From: Xylella taiwanensis
Lineage (GTDB): Bacteria > Pseudomonadota > Gammaproteobacteria > Xanthomonadales > Xanthomonadaceae
Assembly (NCBI RefSeq): GCF_013177435.1
Contig: NZ_CP053627.1
Coordinates: 1,560,001 to 1,592,000, forward strand
Reading direction: 5' to 3'
Length of the DNA: 32,000 nucleotides
Position 1 is the first letter of the stretch; the number at the start of each line of letters is the position of its first letter. The notes below the pieces were generated by a model. That model was not told the DNA's origin and searched no databases. It was given only the letters and a program-made list of their open reading frames with translations. The position numbers and the translations under genes were made by a program. Shown here piece by piece: positions 29,775 through 32,000 of the stretch.

Positions 29775-29908
29775 AATTTATTCAGCAACGCTTAAATAAA
29801 ACACCAGGATAGACGGTAATACCCGCACCGGCACCGCCCCCTTGGGGATGCGGCACCGGTGCAGCAACGCCGCTCACCTCAAGAGGCAGTGCAGTCACGA
29901 AAGCATCA
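29775..29908 (-). repeat. conserved GC-rich palindromic 3' flank of immunity gene (copy A)
   Basis: Directly follows the cassette-1 immunity stop and is homologous to 28116-28263. It contains the near-palindrome gcaccggcaccgc-cccc-tt-gggg-at-gcggcaccggtgc (about 29826-29860; 13-nt arms, 11 of 13 pairable). Confidence 0.75.
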
Positions 29909-30301
29909 TCAAAAACACCAATCGTAATCATCCTCATCAGGTTCTCCTTCTACTTCGGTTTTAAACAACCAGGCTGCGACGAATGGACACTCCTCCATCA
30001 CTAACCAAAGTCCTTCCTTTAGCGCTTCATCCGAATCAGGAAAACATTGTCTGAACCGCTCCACTAGCTCCTCGGTGGAACCCTTCATGATACGCTCGTC
30101 TTTTCTGTTACCAAGCTTCAGCTTGCCCTCATCAAGTAATTTACCCACTAAAAAAAAGAAATCATTCATTCTTTCTTCAAAGGAGTCAGGATCTACTTGA
30201 TCAATAGAAATTCCATGCGCATACCCCACTTTAAACCAAAGAAAATGAAAAGGATGAATTAAATCCTCATAAATAGTATCTATTTGCTCTTGACTTAACA
30301 T
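29909..30301 (-). CDS. CdiI-type immunity protein, cassette 1 (130 aa)
   Basis: ATG 30301 lies 4 nt after the toxin-1 TGA (30306-30308), and AGGTGA is formed by the last toxin codon plus its stop. MLSQEQIDTIYEDLIHPFHFLWFKVGYAHGISIDQVDPDSFEERMNDFFFLVGKLLDEGKLKLGNRKDERIMKGSTEELVERFRQCFPDSDEALKEGLWLVMEECPFVAAWLFKTEVEGEPDEDDYDWCF. The ORF-track start at 30343 overlaps the toxin. Confidence 0.8.
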   Translation of the reverse strand: MLSQEQIDTIYEDLIHPFHFLWFKVGYAHGISIDQVDPDSFEERMNDFFFLVGKLLDEGKLKLGNRKDERIMKGSTEELVERFRQCFPDSDEALKEGLWLVMEECPFVAAWLFKTEVEGEPDEDDYDWCF

Positions 30302-30305
30302 AAAA

Positions 30306-31439
30306 TCACCTGAATTTAATTTCAAAAGTTCTTTGATTTGCAATCTTCTGCAAAGATGGATTGTCTGTTATATCAATCGTCCACCTCGCTTTAGTCGCTG
30401 CTTCTGAAGAAGACACAGACCTCAAACGCACACTGGTTCCATCACTGAGTTTAGCCAGATAAACCCCTGGGCTGACCTGCTTTAAAGGGACATCTCCGGC
30501 CAATTGCTGTGCATAGTTTTTAATTTGATTATCAGTTAATGCCTGTGAATCAAACACCTTCACATTACCCATTCTATTACTTCCTCCTTCAGAGCCGCGC
30601 GGTGTGGCTTTGAACTCCACGCCTCCAACCACTAAGCCATCCTTTGCATTGCCCTTACCAATCACGCCTTTTACGTTATCCAGGCGCTTTATGCGCTGTT
30701 GCTCTAAAACACTGCCAATCGGCTTTGAGGTGAGATCAGGCCCTTTAGGATTGTGTGCAATTTGATCAAGGGCTTGTTTCTCGGCTTTGGCAATGTCATC
30801 GGCTTTGCCGGAGATCCAGCGACCGCCGATTTTGGCCGCTCTCACGCCGTATTTGGCCAGGTTGCCGATCATCACCGAGGCGATGTATTCCTCGCCTTTT
30901 TCTAGGGCCACTTGTTCTATGGTCTTTTCCCCTGAACGAATCGCTTTGATGTCTTGCCAGGCGTCATAGGCGGTCAGGCCTTTATCGGCTAACCAAAGGG
31001 CCCCAATAAGCACGGGGACGAAGACCGCGTTGTTTTCGGTTTCTAGGCGGGCTGCTGCACTGCTCACCGCCGCGTCGCCACCGGCGGCGGCGGTGATGCC
31101 GGCCACCAGGCTGGTGACGGTATCGGTGCGCTGTTGTTTTTCCGCGGCGCTCAGGCTGGCGACGTCGGCGCCGGTGGTGCGGTCTAGTAGGTTATTGATG
31201 ACCACGGCCGCCGCCGCGCCAGTCGCGCCGGCGCCGCACCCTTGGCCTTGGGCGGCAGCACCAGCGCAGCCCAGCAGGCCTTGCAGGGCGGCACGGGCCG
31301 GTTCGCTGTCTAGTTGGTCGGCCAGTGTTTTGACTTGGCTGGCGCCTAGGCTTTGCAGGTAGTTAACCGCAGCGCCTTGAAGCATTTGGGTGGCGCTACC
31401 GGTCACGTGGCTGCCAGCGGCCAGGTTCAGGGCGGTCAC
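30306..31439 (-). CDS. orphan cdiA-CT: pre-toxin region, ETENN boundary, ~155-aa middle domain and ~85-aa toxin tip (5'-truncated CdiA/hemagglutinin-type exoprotein)
   Basis: The Gly/Ala-rich region GLLGCAGAAAQGQGCGAGATGAAAAVVINNLL...AAARLETENNAV resembles the pre-toxin (PT-VENN type) domain of CdiA/TpsA proteins. The ETENN codons are at 31029-31043. GC content drops visibly after the motif. The ORF-track start is a GTG; the frame is open to 31505, is preceded by in-frame TGA (31506-31508) and TAG (31533-31535), and has no secretion (TPS) domain or FHA repeats. Confidence 0.8.
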   Translation of the reverse strand: MTALNLAAGSHVTGSATQMLQGAAVNYLQSLGASQVKTLADQLDSEPARAALQGLLGCAGAAAQGQGCGAGATGAAAAVVINNLLDRTTGADVASLSAAEKQQRTDTVTSLVAGITAAAGGDAAVSSAAARLETENNAVFVPVLIGALWLADKGLTAYDAWQDIKAIRSGEKTIEQVALEKGEEYIASVMIGNLAKYGVRAAKIGGRWISGKADDIAKAEKQALDQIAHNPKGPDLTSKPIGSVLEQQRIKRLDNVKGVIGKGNAKDGLVVGGVEFKATPRGSEGGSNRMGNVKVFDSQALTDNQIKNYAQQLAGDVPLKQVSPGVYLAKLSDGTSVRLRSVSSSEAATKARWTIDITDNPSLQKIANQRTFEIKFR

Positions 31440-31494
31440 AATCGTTCTGCCGGTGCCGCCTACGTCCCAGGTGGCGTTGTCTTGGAGGCGTTGG

Positions 31495-31560
31495 TGTAGG
31501 GCCGCTCAGGGCCGGGTCAGGCTACCGCCGCCCTACCCTTGGGCGGCAGCGCAGCTCAGA
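31495..31560 (-). repeat. possible degenerate third copy of the post-immunity GC-rich element
   Basis: ctaccgccgccc-taccctt-gggcggcagc forms a hairpin and resembles the gccgc..cccaaggg..ggcgg core of copies A and B. The alignment is short and by eye only. Confidence 0.25.
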
Positions 31561-31590
31561 TTTAGTTCTTTTACTCAATGCATGATTTTT

Positions 31591-32000
31591 CTAACGCACC
31601 TCACTTGGAATCTGCGTCTCTGGCTTGCGGTATGAATGCAGTTTTCTTTCAAATTCCCAGGGCTTTAAAGGCTTTAGTTCATCCTCCATTTCCATTTCTT
31701 TATAAACCCATTGTTGAGTTTTTTTAATAGCATCAAGAAATTCTTGATCTAATGTCCACGCCTTGGAGTGAATCACCCAGGGATTTTCTCGATATAAAGC
31801 AAGTGTGACGTCGAAGGACTGCTCTATAGTATCTTTACCTTCATACCGGGCGATGAGGCTGTCAATCTCTGGCAAAAAATAACACAGCGCTAATTCCTGT
31901 TCCGGCACCATCATCCGGGTGTCCGTATCAAGGGTTTGTCCATATGGCTCCTTCAGAAGCAGATCAACACCAATGACAAAAATGAAATGCTTTGATGAAA
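31591..32000 (-). CDS. hypothetical protein, probable immunity protein of the upstream (off-window) CdiA-CT; partial
   Basis: The frame is open from the window edge to the TAG at 31591-31593: ...SSKHFIFVIGVDLLLKEPYGQTLDTDTRMMVPEQELALCYFLPEIDSLIARYEGKDTIEQSFDVTLALYRENPWVIHSKAWTLDQEFLDAIKKTQQWVYKEMEMEDELKPLKPWEFERKLHSYRKPETQIPSEVR. AT-rich, acidic, and unrelated to the MLxQEQID family. It sits immediately 5' of the orphan array. ATG candidates are at 31914 and 31911, but the true start may lie beyond the window. Confidence 0.5.
   Translation of the reverse strand, partial: SSKHFIFVIGVDLLLKEPYGQTLDTDTRMMVPEQELALCYFLPEIDSLIARYEGKDTIEQSFDVTLALYRENPWVIHSKAWTLDQEFLDAIKKTQQWVYKEMEMEDELKPLKPWEFERKLHSYRKPETQIPSEVR

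Noticed and set aside
28496-30157. Identical 8-nt homopolymer (A8 on plus strand, T8 in the coding strand) inside immunity genes 1, 2 and 3 (28496-28503, 29249-29256, 30150-30157), considered as a slipped-strand phase-variation tract
   Set aside because: The tract encodes the conserved FFFL segment and has the same in-frame length in all three copies. Eight nucleotides is at the low end for efficient slippage. No evidence of length variation is visible.
27347-31505. Regularly spaced repeated units, considered as a CRISPR-like array
   Set aside because: The units are 0.7-1.4 kb protein-coding cassettes with diverged sequence, not short identical direct repeats separated by spacers.

Overview
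The translated proteins and roughly 50% GC suggest a Xanthomonadaceae (Xylella-like) chromosome segment; this is from memory, with no database check. Positions 1-26,400 are mostly housekeeping backbone: tex, a TPR/sulfotransferase-like protein, a PEBP/YbhB protein, ppa, a thioredoxin-TPR co-chaperone, a DUF998-like membrane protein, the conserved leuS-lptE-holA-nadD-rsfS run, mltB-rlpA and a rhomboid protease. Two things interrupt the backbone. The first is an AT-rich acquired islet at 3.7-7.1 kb holding a Tn3-family transposase remnant, an alpha/beta-hydrolase pseudogene, an MFS transporter and a LysR regulator. The second is a set of 0.5-1.7 kb stretches with no recognisable genes whose plus strand is A+C-rich and T-poor. 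The accessory part is 26.9-32.0 kb. A decayed parDE toxin-antitoxin pair lies next to a minus-strand contact-dependent-inhibition (CDI) orphan array. That array has four tandem toxin-tip/immunity cassettes, all from one toxin family and one immunity family that I cannot assign. The toxin genes are 5'-truncated to different depths, one immunity/toxin junction is a deletion chimera, a GC-rich palindromic flank repeats after immunity genes, and every pair shares a translational-coupling signal. A fifth, unrelated immunity-like ORF runs off the right edge, so the parent cdiA probably lies just beyond the window. I found no rRNA, tRNA or CRISPR.
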